NCBI GenBank assembly: GCA_965217115.1
Contig: OZ244239.1
Coordinates: 640,001 to 704,000 of the forward strand
Length of the DNA stretch: 64,000 nucleotides
From: Bdellovibrionales bacterium
Lineage (GTDB): Bacteria; Bdellovibrionota; Bdellovibrionia; Bdellovibrionales; CAYMLA01
Direction of reading: 5' to 3'
Each line of letters begins with the position of its first letter. The first letter of the stretch is position 1. The notes under the pieces were generated by a model. The model saw nothing but the letters and a program-made list of their open reading frames with translations. It ran no database searches and had not been told where the DNA came from. The translations under genes were made by a program, and so were the position numbers. Positions 40,441 through 50,306 of the stretch are shown here, in pieces.

Positions 40441-41757
40441 GTGAACTTAAGAACAAGGCAAAACATTGTCTCTATTAGAACCGAAGAAGGAGATTATGTT
40501 GGTTTTCACAGCGAAAACTTAGAGGTGGCCTCCCTAGACGAGAGCGCCTGGCTAGCTATGACCGAGTCCCACGGAGGAATTGAGAAACCTACCTCACAGG
40601 CCTCTTTAGAACTCAATGTATGGAATCAATCTCGCAATCCTGATTCCAAAAATATGCTCACCTCACAAAAAGTACGCAGCATTACCATCAATGTCACCCA
40701 ACTCTGTAACTTTAACTGCTCTTACTGTGCGGCTAATGGCGATGGCACCTATGGTGACCCTGTCGCGAAAATAGATATCGAACAAACTATTCCCCAGCTC
40801 AAGTATTTCCTCAATGCTCTCACCCATGGAGATCATTTCCACATTCATTTTCTCGGTGGAGAACCACTCCTTTACCCAAAGGCCATAGAAACTATCTCTA
40901 AGTACGCTCAGCTCTTTACTGCTGGGAAAGACATATCGCTAAAATTTTCAATCACGACCAATGGAACTTTACTCACAGAAAAAAACATCCAACTTCTCAC
41001 TAAACTCAATTGCCACGTGCAAATCAGTCTTGATGGGCCTCCTGAAATCAATGATAAACAAAGACACAGTAAGAAATCACCCTTCAACACATCCAGTATT
41101 GTTCAAGGACTTAAAAGATTACAAAAAGAGGCCGCTCAACTCGGCAGTATCGGTCTTAGTGCTGTCTTCAATGAAAACAACATGAACGTGGTTGAATGCT
41201 ACGAGTTTTTAGATAAATTCGATACTGATTGGATAGAGCTGACCTTTTCTTTCACCGATAAGTCCCCACTACTTTCTCAACAGTATGCTGAGCAGATGCA
41301 GAAAGTCGCAAGCTTAGCCTATAAGAAAAATGGCCTCGATGGGTTAAAAAAAATTAAAGCCTTCAATAATATTTTAAATAATATCGACCAGCGAACTCGT
41401 ATCAGAAACTACTGTGGAGCAGGTAAAGACTTCCTCATGATAGATGCTCGTAATCAAATCTACTCATGCCCTTGGGATGTGGGGACCGTTTCGGAAAAAA
41501 TTGGAGATTTAGACAAAATTGACCAGAGAAAGCGTAGCACCTATAAAAAAGACCTCGTGGACAAAAAATCTTGTCAAACCTGCTGGGCACGCTTTCTTTG
41601 TGGTGGAGGCTGTATGTTTACCCACAAAATGGCCACTGGAAATAAGAAAAAAGTGGATAAAGATTTCTGTGACCGCACAAGAAGCTTGATTGCCACAGCA
41701 ATTATATACTATGAAAGAGAAGGGAGAAAAAATGATGAAACATATCAAAATAATTAA
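40441..41757 (+). CDS. Radical SAM/SPASM peptide maturase (ranthipeptide CteB/PapB/QhpD-like)
   Basis: CNFNCSYC, GGEPLL, TTNGTLL, SLDGP; 7-Cys SPASM domain (CGAG...SCP...CQTCWARFLCGGGC...FC); about 75-aa N-terminal extension that may be an RRE. Confidence 0.92.
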   Translation: MNLRTRQNIVSIRTEEGDYVGFHSENLEVASLDESAWLAMTESHGGIEKPTSQASLELNVWNQSRNPDSKNMLTSQKVRSITINVTQLCNFNCSYCAANGDGTYGDPVAKIDIEQTIPQLKYFLNALTHGDHFHIHFLGGEPLLYPKAIETISKYAQLFTAGKDISLKFSITTNGTLLTEKNIQLLTKLNCHVQISLDGPPEINDKQRHSKKSPFNTSSIVQGLKRLQKEAAQLGSIGLSAVFNENNMNVVECYEFLDKFDTDWIELTFSFTDKSPLLSQQYAEQMQKVASLAYKKNGLDGLKKIKAFNNILNNIDQRTRIRNYCGAGKDFLMIDARNQIYSCPWDVGTVSEKIGDLDKIDQRKRSTYKKDLVDKKSCQTCWARFLCGGGCMFTHKMATGNKKKVDKDFCDRTRSLIATAIIYYEREGRKNDETYQNN

Positions 41758-41824
41758 AAACACAGGAAAAGGCACTAAAAAGCCCTCAGGAATCCAATGT
41801 ATTCCTCTCGGAGATCTTGACTAA
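41732..41824 (+). CDS. Putative RiPP precursor, 30 aa: MMKHIKIIKNTGKGTKKPSGIQCIPLGDLD
   Basis: Not in the ORF track. GGGAG at 41722-41726, ATG at 41732 (or 41735), TAA at 41822-41824. Overlaps the rSAM 3' end by 26 nt. SCIFF-like MKHIKI leader and a single Cys. Confidence 0.8.
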   Translation: MMKHIKIIKNTGKGTKKPSGIQCIPLGDLD

Positions 41825-41833
41825 TCCCTGAAC

Positions 41834-41863
41834 GTAGCACACTGCAACGATGTTGCTGTGTAC
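41834..41863 (+). other. Stem-loop directly 3' of the precursor ORF (no U tract)
   Basis: GTA(G)CACA(CT)GCAAC-GAT-GTTGC-TGTG-TAC. Confidence 0.55.
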
Positions 41864-41897
41864 AATTCTCAATATTTCGACTACATATCTAAGAGAC

Positions 41898-43727
41898 ATG
41901 AAATCTCTCGCTCTGAATCGTATTCTAAGACTCGCCTTTGCTTTATCCATTGCTGCGCTCGTTAATGAAATTAATTTAGATTATATTGAATCCTACATAT
42001 ACGATCTTCGTGTACGTTTATCTCCAGCTCCACAAGTGTCTGGGCATGTTTCCACTGTCTCTATCTCTCCATCCACCGTTCAATTCTTCCAAGGCGTCCC
42101 CTCTATGGGACATCACGTTCAAGCACTCAAACAGTTACTAAAAGCCAATCCTCGATCTGTAACTTATCTTACTAAACCAGATCAAATTTTTGGAACTCCT
42201 AAAGAAATAGCTGAATTCGCCAAGCTCGCTAAAAAAATTCCTTTTTACGTTCTTGCCAATCATCTTTCTATGAAGGGAGAAGATAACAAATTCTCCATGC
42301 CCAAGCCTCTAAATAAACTCACAGTCTTTTCTGGTCCTAAAACAGCTGACACCACTCTTTTTGCTAAGGATGGGGTCACACGAAGAGCTCTATACTCTTA
42401 CCAAAATCAACCTTTATTACAGGTCCATCTCGCCCAATCTTATAACACCCATATTAAAGACCCTGGAAAAGTTCGAGGACTATGGAGTTTTCGTGACTCA
42501 AACCAAGTTTATATTCACTACGCCCCAAAAGGCTCCTTCATTCAAATTAAATTTGAAGACCTCGTTAAAGGAGAATTTGATCCAAAAAACATTAATGACA
42601 AAATCATTCTCATAGGAACTGATTTAGGAACAACTATCAAAAACTATGCTTCGAGCCCCTACTCAAGAGCTATTGAACATGGCCTTCCTACGCTTGAACT
42701 CAACGCTAACATGATTGACACTTTCATCCGTAACTCTGCTCCCATTCAATCACCTAAGTGGCTCAATATTCTACTTACTTTTATTACTTCTCTCATCACC
42801 GTCTATGTGGTTCTTTCCATCCACCCTCTAAATGGACTTTTGATTATTGTTGGTATCTTAGGTGTGTTCTTTCTTACGGCCTATTTATCTTATTGGCCTT
42901 TTGGAATATGGCTTAAAATATCCCACCCTATTGCCACTATCTTTATGTGTTATTACTTTTTTATTCCCTATCGACTTATTAAAGAAAATCGCCGCAGTTG
43001 GGAGTACTACCAAAAAAATAAATTACTCACTAAAGTTGAGGAGTTAAAAGATAATTTCATTAGTATGATGTCCCACGATCTTAAAACTCCCCTGGCGCGA
43101 ATCCAAGGAATGGCTGATGTCATAAGAACTGACCAAACTGTCTCTCTATCCGAACAGCAAAATCAAGCTGTTGAAACCATCCAAAGCTCATCATTGGAGT
43201 TAACAGATTTCATTGAATCCATTCTCAATTTTAGCCGTATTGAAAGCCATGGTGTCGAACTGCAATTTAAGTCACAAGATGTTAATCAGCTCATCAAAGA
43301 AAGTATTAGAAAGTTAGATTTCAAAGCCAAATCGAAGAATATCGAACTCATCAGCGAACTTGAACCTCTTTTTAGCTTGAAGATGGACCCCTATTTAATT
43401 CGCCAGATTCTTACCAATCTCATAGAGAATTCCATTAAATATAGTCCTGAAGGGACTAAAATTCTGATTAATAGTGATGAACAAGACGACTTCATTGTTG
43501 TTCAAATTTCTGACCAAGGCCAAGGGATTTCTAAAAATGATCTCGAAAATATTTTTATGAAGTTTTATCGTTGCAAAGAGGCAAAAACTTCAGCCATCAA
43601 GGGGTCAGGGTTGGGCCTTTACCTCTCTCAATACTTTGCCCATTTACATAAAGGCAAGATCACAGTGGAAAGTGATCTCAATATGGGCTCCACTTTCAAT
43701 CTCTACATCCCCTACAATAAAAATTGA
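41898..43727 (+). CDS. CHASE2-domain sensor histidine kinase
   Basis: N-terminal TM segment; CHASE2-like motifs (YDLR.R, DGVTRR, KIILIG, SP, E..AN); three TM segments; SHDLKTPL; N box NLIENSIKY, D.GQG, GSGLGL. Confidence 0.9.
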   Translation: MKSLALNRILRLAFALSIAALVNEINLDYIESYIYDLRVRLSPAPQVSGHVSTVSISPSTVQFFQGVPSMGHHVQALKQLLKANPRSVTYLTKPDQIFGTPKEIAEFAKLAKKIPFYVLANHLSMKGEDNKFSMPKPLNKLTVFSGPKTADTTLFAKDGVTRRALYSYQNQPLLQVHLAQSYNTHIKDPGKVRGLWSFRDSNQVYIHYAPKGSFIQIKFEDLVKGEFDPKNINDKIILIGTDLGTTIKNYASSPYSRAIEHGLPTLELNANMIDTFIRNSAPIQSPKWLNILLTFITSLITVYVVLSIHPLNGLLIIVGILGVFFLTAYLSYWPFGIWLKISHPIATIFMCYYFFIPYRLIKENRRSWEYYQKNKLLTKVEELKDNFISMMSHDLKTPLARIQGMADVIRTDQTVSLSEQQNQAVETIQSSSLELTDFIESILNFSRIESHGVELQFKSQDVNQLIKESIRKLDFKAKSKNIELISELEPLFSLKMDPYLIRQILTNLIENSIKYSPEGTKILINSDEQDDFIVVQISDQGQGISKNDLENIFMKFYRCKEAKTSAIKGSGLGLYLSQYFAHLHKGKITVESDLNMGSTFNLYIPYNKN

Positions 43728-43857
43728 CATTTTTCGTCTGTATTTTTTTCACACCATCCATAAATTACATAACAAGCATTTTTTTCCCAAAAACAGTCAA
43801 AAAACACTTATTATGTGAACAAGAGATATATTTGTTTTTTGCAAAGGAAATATCATT

Positions 43858-45378
43858 ATGAACCATAAGCTAAAAGTTCTTGTAGTCGATGATGACCAAG
43901 GCCTGCGGCTGTCTATCAAGAACACACTCATAAATACAGAGAGATTTGACGTCGACGAAGCCTTCGACGGTATCAACGCTCTAGAAAAAATCGCCGAAAA
44001 CAATTACTCTCTTATTCTACTCGATGTCGATATGCCCAGACTCAATGGTCTACAAACACTAAAGAAAATCAAAGAACAAGACCCCGGAATCACCGTTATT
44101 ATTATGACGGCCCATGCAACAATCAATGATGCTGTCACAGCCGTGAAAAAAGGGGCCTATAATTATCTTTCCAAACCTGTCAGTGGCAGTGAACTCATCG
44201 AAAACATAGATAATGCCCTTGCTGCTTACAATATTATCTCCAGCGTAGCTCGCTCCGCCCCTGTTCTTGTGGAAGAAGGACGTAAAATAGTGGGCAATAC
44301 AGCACAGATGCAGAAAGTCTTTAATATCATCAATCGTTTATCAAAAGTTGACACCCCAGTGCTTATCCGTGGAGCCTCTGGGACGGGAAAAGAATTAATT
44401 GCTCGCGCCATTCACATGAACTCTGATAGAAAGAATGAAAAATTTGTCGCTATCAATTGCTCCGCTATCCCTGAGAATCTTTTTGAATCAGAACTCTTCG
44501 GCCATGAAAAGGGCTCTTTCACAGGAGCTGAGCAAAGAAAAATAGGTAAATTCCAATTCGCCGAGGGCGGCACTCTTTTTCTCGATGAAGTTGGCGATAT
44601 GCCTGGACTCATGCAAGTTAAATTATTACGTGTTCTACAAGAAAAAATATTCACTCCTGTAGGCGCCAACAGAGAACTTGATTCCAATGTCCGTATTATT
44701 GCTGCCACCAACCGCCCTCTAGAGAAAATGATACAAGAAGGGACCTACAGAGAAGATCTCTTTTATCGTCTTAACGTAATGCCTATTTTTCTCCCATCTC
44801 TTAAAGAACGGGTCAATGATATCGACTCAATGGTGAATCACTTTATTAAAAAGTTCAATCACACCCACCAAAAATCCATAACTAGCGTCACTCCCGATGC
44901 TTTAGCTTGCATAAAAAAATATGACTGGCCTGGAAATATCCGTGAACTTGAAAACGTGATTGAACACGCTTTTATCATGGAGACCAACCAAGTCATTTCT
45001 GTCCTCTCACTTCCTGAGTCTTTACTCGCCTCCACAGGAGTTGACATAGACGCTCTCTGTGCGGCACAAAATAATGCCTATAATAAACTAGCTGAAAATA
45101 TGTCGATACGACAAAACGTAGCGGCCCATGAAGACAAAGAACCTGTGAATATCGATCCCACATCAGCGCCTAGTCCTGACAGCACTATCATTGAGATATC
45201 ATCTGATAACTTAGATTTTTCTGTGCAGAAAGAGTCCTTTGAAAAAGAATTTATCATTAAAGCCCTAAAAACATTTAAGGGCAGAATCAATCAAACGGCC
45301 CTACACGCCAATATTCCAAAGAAAACTCTATTGCGCAAAATCGAAAAATACGGGATCAACGCCAAAAAATATTTTTAA
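43858..45378 (+). CDS. NtrC-family sigma54-dependent response regulator (REC-AAA+-HTH)
   Basis: VVDDD, LLDVDMP, GASGTGKE, ESELFGHEKGSFTGA, FLDEVG, WPGNIREL, C-terminal Fis-type HTH. Confidence 0.96.
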   Translation: MNHKLKVLVVDDDQGLRLSIKNTLINTERFDVDEAFDGINALEKIAENNYSLILLDVDMPRLNGLQTLKKIKEQDPGITVIIMTAHATINDAVTAVKKGAYNYLSKPVSGSELIENIDNALAAYNIISSVARSAPVLVEEGRKIVGNTAQMQKVFNIINRLSKVDTPVLIRGASGTGKELIARAIHMNSDRKNEKFVAINCSAIPENLFESELFGHEKGSFTGAEQRKIGKFQFAEGGTLFLDEVGDMPGLMQVKLLRVLQEKIFTPVGANRELDSNVRIIAATNRPLEKMIQEGTYREDLFYRLNVMPIFLPSLKERVNDIDSMVNHFIKKFNHTHQKSITSVTPDALACIKKYDWPGNIRELENVIEHAFIMETNQVISVLSLPESLLASTGVDIDALCAAQNNAYNKLAENMSIRQNVAAHEDKEPVNIDPTSAPSPDSTIIEISSDNLDFSVQKESFEKEFIIKALKTFKGRINQTALHANIPKKTLLRKIEKYGINAKKYF

Positions 45379-45531
45379 TAGACTCGCTTTTTAAAGAGTG
45401 ACTCAGCACCAAAAATAAGGACCCATCAAAATTGTCAATGGAAAGTTAAATTTTTCCGCGGCTCGTAAAATTTTCTAGTTTTCATTTTCTTATTGAAGTT
45501 AAAAGTAAGTGCCTGTAGTTTGCAAAACTCA

Positions 45532-45981
45532 ATGGCTGTATCTAATCTACCTCCTCAGGCTTATACCAAAGACACTCTGACAAAGGCTTTCGCCTGGTTG
45601 CAGACTCAAACAAAGGAAATCAAGGACATAGCCACTTCTCCCGAGATTTTAGTTGGTCTCTTCCACAGGGATAAACGTCGCGAAGACTTCTCTGCCCCAG
45701 CAAACTCACAAGAGTTCAAACTAGAGCTGAAGTCCCTTTCAGGAGAAATGCAGCCATTTATTAAAAAACCTCGAAAAACTGAAGAAAGTCCTCAGGCTGT
45801 CACTGCTCAGAAGGCATCAACCCAGTCTTCATTAAACCAATCTAGTTTTCTATCACAATTAGATCCTGAAACTGAAAATCTTATCAATGAAGTCACCCAA
45901 AACCTCAATCTCAGTTCTCCCAAAGAAGCCCTTCGTATGCTCATCATCCTAGGCTATAAACAAATCAAGCCTGTACTCTAA
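45532..45981 (+). CDS. Hypothetical protein with a C-terminal ribbon-helix-like segment
   Basis: ORF between the regulator and ileS; PQAYTKDTL.KAF.WL and LNLSS..EALRMLI.LG; function unknown. Confidence 0.65.
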   Translation: MAVSNLPPQAYTKDTLTKAFAWLQTQTKEIKDIATSPEILVGLFHRDKRREDFSAPANSQEFKLELKSLSGEMQPFIKKPRKTEESPQAVTAQKASTQSSLNQSSFLSQLDPETENLINEVTQNLNLSSPKEALRMLIILGYKQIKPVL

Positions 45982-46095
45982 AAGCAATTCTTTAAAAACA
46001 CAGGTTGCCGTAGGTTTAGAAAAAACGCTAGAATAAGCGGACTTGAAAAATTAAGAACCCCTATAATCTCACAGATTTTAAGAGGATAGAAGAAT

Positions 46096-48903
46096 ATGGG
46101 AGAGACTCCTGATTACAAAAGCTCCATCCATTTACCTAAAACTAGTTTTCCCATGAAAGCTGGGCTTGCAACTAAAGAGCCTGAACAGCTCAGAAAGTGG
46201 CAGGAGAATAAAATTTACAACAAGATGGCCTATCGCAACAAAGGAAAAAAACATTTTACCCTTCCCGATGGACCTCCCTATGCCAATGGTGACATTCATA
46301 TGGGCCACGTTCTCAATAAGGTTCTTAAGGATATGGTCATCAAATATCGCAATATGGCAGGTTACTGCGCTCCCTTTATTCCTGTCTGGGACACTCACGG
46401 TCTGCCCATTGAACACGCCGTCACAAAAAAACTCGGCTCCAAACGCCAGAATATGACTAATAAAGAAATTCGTGACCTCTGCCGCAAGGAAGCCATGAAA
46501 TGGGTCGACAAACAACAGGAGCAATTTCAACGCCTAGGTATCATGGCCGATTGGGACAACAAAAACCTTACCATGCAACCTTCCTACGAAGCAGAAGAGG
46601 TGCGCCAGCTAGCTAAAGCATTTAAAAATGAGGTTCTCTACAAAGGAGAAAAACCCGTTTATTGGTGCTGGGCCCTACAGACAGCCCTCTCTGATGCTGA
46701 AGTCGAATACCAGCAGCACACAAGCCCCTCAATCTACGTTAAATTTCCCATCACTGAAAAACTAGAAAAATTAGACTCCCCTAGTAAGCCTGTATCCTTT
46801 GTTATTTGGACTACAACTCCATGGACCATTCCTGCCAACATGGCCATCTGTCTGCACAGAGATTTTGATTATGAACTTTTTGAAAACTCTGATGAATACC
46901 TTCTCATTGCCAAAAACCTCAAAGAAGCTGTCGAAAAGGACACTGAGAGATCTCTCATCTCCACAGGTAAAATCTTTAAGGGTCACCAACTCGAAAATTT
47001 AACGGTCAACCACCCCTTTATAGAAGGACGTCAGCCCCTCGTTATTCTAGGAGATCACGTTACTTTAGAGACTGGAACAGGCTGCGTACACACAGCTCCC
47101 GCCCACGGACAAGATGACTTCTTTGTCGCAAAAAAATATGACCTTCTCCCCATCAATTACATCGAAGCTAACGGAACTTTCTCTAATGAAGTTCCAAGTG
47201 AGATTTCTGACCTGAGCGGACAGAACATATTTAAGGCGAACCCCACCATTATTGATAAGCTCTCCAAAAGTAAACATCTCCTTGCTGTTAAAAATATCAC
47301 CCACAGTTATCCCCATTGCTGGCGCTCTAAAACTCCTTTAATTTTTCGCACAACTCCACAATGGTTTATTGGTATGGACATAGAGAAGAATAGTATTCGA
47401 AAAAAAGCCAATGCCATTATTAATTCCATCGATTTTTTCCCTGAATGGGGAAAGCAGCGATTCAGCGCCATGATAGCTAACCGTCCTGATTGGTGCATTA
47501 GTCGTCAACGATTTTGGGGGGTTCCCATCCCCATCTTTTATTGCAATGCCACAGAAGAAGCGCTTCTTGATTACGATGTTATGATGAAAATTGCCGACTG
47601 TATGGAGAAGAATGGTGGCCTTGAAGCCTACTGGGACACTCCCATCGAAGAATTTCTCACAGATGACATTATCTCCAAATACGCTCAAAAAAGTGACTCT
47701 CCTGAAAAGTTTGGAACAGAAGGCTTTAGCCGTAGCAGAGATATTCTCGATGTATGGTTTGATAGCGGTGTTCTTCACAGCGCGGTAAAAACTCCAAATT
47801 CTGATGATATGCAATTTCCTGCCGACGTGTATCTTGAGGGAACCGATCAGCATCGTGGTTGGTTCAACACCAGCCTGATCTCTGCTCTAGCTGCAACAGG
47901 AGAGGCTCCCTATAAAGCTCTTATCACCCACGGTTTTGTTGTTGATAAAGATGGTAAAAAAATGAGCAAGAGCCTAGGCAACACAGTCTCCCCTAAAGAA
48001 CTTATTAATAGCAATGGTGCTGAAATTTTACGATTTTGGACTTCCTATGAAGACTATTCTAGAGATCTCACATGGGGTGATGAAGATCATAAACGTGTCA
48101 TGGACACTTATCGCAAACTCCGCAACACCATGCGTTTTTTATTAGGTAATTTAGATGATTTTGATTTTAAAAATGATCACATTCCCTATTCACAGATACT
48201 TCCCTTAGACCAATGGGCTTTAGGACGCTTAAATCTTCTCAACGAAAAAATGACGAGTGCCTTTGAGAGTTATTCTTTCTATAAAACCTATCACGCTCTG
48301 AATAGTTTCTTCACCGTAGATATGTCATCTACTTATTTAGATATTATCAAGGATCGTCTTTACACTTGGAAGAGAGACGGCCTAGAGAGACGCTCATCCC
48401 AAACCGTGATTTATCATATTATCCATAATACCTGTGGGTTAATGGCTCCAGTTCTCTCGTTTCTTGCCGAGGAAGTTTATTCTCACTTAAAAGACGGAAA
48501 TGCCGAAAGTATCTTTCTCACCGACTATCCAAAAACACAAGATAAATGGGTCAACGCTTCTGTAGACAAGGACTTTGTAACAATTCTCCAAGTACGAAGC
48601 GACGTGTCTAAAAATCTTGAATCTTTACGCACTGATAAAACCATCGGCTCCAGTTTAGACGCACAAATAATTCTCACTGTTCCTAAATCAACATTTGATA
48701 TTTTAAAAAAATACGAAAAATCTCTCATGGAGCTTTTTATTGTTTCGCAAGTCACTCTAAAGGAAGGGAAGGAGTTAAATATTTCAGCTTCTCTAGCTGA
48801 AGGTCTTAAGTGCGTGCGTTGCTGGCATATACACACAGAAACAGGCAAGAATTCAAGTTACCCAGACGTTTGTCCTAAGTGTGTTACGGCTTTGAGTACC
48901 TGA
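46096..48903 (+). CDS. ileS: Isoleucine--tRNA ligase (type 1)
   Basis: DGPPYANG.IHMGH, WCISRQR.WG, KMSKS, C-terminal CVRC..CPKC. Confidence 0.98.
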   Translation: MGETPDYKSSIHLPKTSFPMKAGLATKEPEQLRKWQENKIYNKMAYRNKGKKHFTLPDGPPYANGDIHMGHVLNKVLKDMVIKYRNMAGYCAPFIPVWDTHGLPIEHAVTKKLGSKRQNMTNKEIRDLCRKEAMKWVDKQQEQFQRLGIMADWDNKNLTMQPSYEAEEVRQLAKAFKNEVLYKGEKPVYWCWALQTALSDAEVEYQQHTSPSIYVKFPITEKLEKLDSPSKPVSFVIWTTTPWTIPANMAICLHRDFDYELFENSDEYLLIAKNLKEAVEKDTERSLISTGKIFKGHQLENLTVNHPFIEGRQPLVILGDHVTLETGTGCVHTAPAHGQDDFFVAKKYDLLPINYIEANGTFSNEVPSEISDLSGQNIFKANPTIIDKLSKSKHLLAVKNITHSYPHCWRSKTPLIFRTTPQWFIGMDIEKNSIRKKANAIINSIDFFPEWGKQRFSAMIANRPDWCISRQRFWGVPIPIFYCNATEEALLDYDVMMKIADCMEKNGGLEAYWDTPIEEFLTDDIISKYAQKSDSPEKFGTEGFSRSRDILDVWFDSGVLHSAVKTPNSDDMQFPADVYLEGTDQHRGWFNTSLISALAATGEAPYKALITHGFVVDKDGKKMSKSLGNTVSPKELINSNGAEILRFWTSYEDYSRDLTWGDEDHKRVMDTYRKLRNTMRFLLGNLDDFDFKNDHIPYSQILPLDQWALGRLNLLNEKMTSAFESYSFYKTYHALNSFFTVDMSSTYLDIIKDRLYTWKRDGLERRSSQTVIYHIIHNTCGLMAPVLSFLAEEVYSHLKDGNAESIFLTDYPKTQDKWVNASVDKDFVTILQVRSDVSKNLESLRTDKTIGSSLDAQIILTVPKSTFDILKKYEKSLMELFIVSQVTLKEGKELNISASLAEGLKCVRCWHIHTETGKNSSYPDVCPKCVTALST

Positions 48904-48967
48904 CAAATAATAAATTCTAAGATACAATGACCTTAATTTTATTATAGATAGCTATAGGGTGTATAAT

Positions 48968-49474
48968 ATGAGTAAAAAAATTCTAATCTTAGCAGCTCTT
49001 AGTGGAGCAATTATTGCTTTGGATCAAGCAACTAAAATGTATGTTGTCACTCAATTTGTCCTCCATGAACAGTACGAAGTTATCAAACATTTCTTTGATT
49101 TCACCTACGTTCAAAATCGAGGAGCTGCTTTTGGTTTTCTCGCCGATAGTGATCCCACCTTCAGAGATATTTTCTTCACCGTCATGCCCCCTTTTGCTCT
49201 ACTCATTATCTTTTCACTTCTACGCAATGTCTCCGATGATGACAAATGGCAGATCATTGCCCTGTCCTCTGTCTTCGGCGGAGCTATTGGTAATTATATC
49301 GATCGTCTTCGTTTTGGCTACGTTATTGATTTCCTCGATTTCCATTGGAGAAATATTTGGACCTACCCAGCATTCAATGTTGCTGATATGGCTATTGTCT
49401 GTGGCGTCTTTATTCTCATGCTACTCATGATTCGTGATATAAAAGAAGAACGAAGGAAAAAACAAACCGCTTAA
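48968..49474 (+). CDS. lspA: Lipoprotein signal peptidase II
   Basis: DQ.TK, N.GAAFG, GAIGN.IDR, FNVAD. Confidence 0.96.
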   Translation: MSKKILILAALSGAIIALDQATKMYVVTQFVLHEQYEVIKHFFDFTYVQNRGAAFGFLADSDPTFRDIFFTVMPPFALLIIFSLLRNVSDDDKWQIIALSSVFGGAIGNYIDRLRFGYVIDFLDFHWRNIWTYPAFNVADMAIVCGVFILMLLMIRDIKEERRKKQTA

Positions 49475-49514
49475 AAGCGAATATCATAAGTCTTCTTTAA
49501 GCTTAGGGAAAATA

Positions 49515-50288
49515 ATGTATCCAATACTCATTGATTTAGGGTTCCTTAAAATTCATTCCTATGGCTTTTTAATGACTCTAGGATTTGCCATTGCCTTGTA
49601 CCTTATTCGTCAAAAAGCAAAATCTGAAAAAATCTCCCCAGGAAAAGTTACAGACATTATGTTTTGGTCTTTCCTCTTAGGATTAATTGGAGGCCGTGCA
49701 CTCTTTATTGTAACCACATGGGAAAATTATCAAAATAACCTAATAAATATATTAAAATTTTGGGAGGGCGGCCTTGTTTTCTACGGAGGACTGGTTACTT
49801 CTATAATTAGCATTGCTCTTTTCTCCCGTTATCACAAAATTTCAGTATTAAAACTCCTAGATATCACAGCCCCATCCATTGCCATTGGCCATCTCCTAGG
49901 ACGTTTTGGTTGTTTCGCCTCTGGCTGCTGCTTCGGTCATGAGGTCGACACAGATTTTCCCCTCAGCGTGATTTTCAATCACCCACTGAGTGTTGCTCCT
50001 AAAAATGTTCACCTTCACCCTGCACAGCTATATGATGCCTTGAACACCTTTATTATATTCATGATTCTACAGTGGCTTTATAAAAGAAAGAAGTTCAATG
50101 GACAGGTTATCATATGCTACGGAATACTTTATGCTATTGGGCGCTGGATTGTAGAAGAATTTCGTGGTGACAGTATCCGTGGCTTTGTCTTCAACGGACT
50201 TCTTTCCACTAGTCAATTTATATCTATTATCATTTTCTCAATGTCTTTGTTATTATATTTTTTCTTCAGAAATAAACACGCTCAGTAA
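49515..50288 (+). CDS. lgt: Prolipoprotein diacylglyceryl transferase
   Basis: WEGGLVFYGG, GRFGCF..GCCFG, HPAQLY, E.FRGD. Confidence 0.95.
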   Translation: MYPILIDLGFLKIHSYGFLMTLGFAIALYLIRQKAKSEKISPGKVTDIMFWSFLLGLIGGRALFIVTTWENYQNNLINILKFWEGGLVFYGGLVTSIISIALFSRYHKISVLKLLDITAPSIAIGHLLGRFGCFASGCCFGHEVDTDFPLSVIFNHPLSVAPKNVHLHPAQLYDALNTFIIFMILQWLYKRKKFNGQVIICYGILYAIGRWIVEEFRGDSIRGFVFNGLLSTSQFISIIIFSMSLLLYFFFRNKHAQ

Positions 50289-50306
50289 TTTAATTGGTCT
50301 AAGTGC

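Noticed and set aside
40441..41757. The radical SAM as an anaerobic sulfatase maturase or PqqE
   Set aside because: There are no sulfatase or pqq genes nearby. The overlapping MKHIK-leader peptide and N-terminal extension fit a peptide thioether maturase better.
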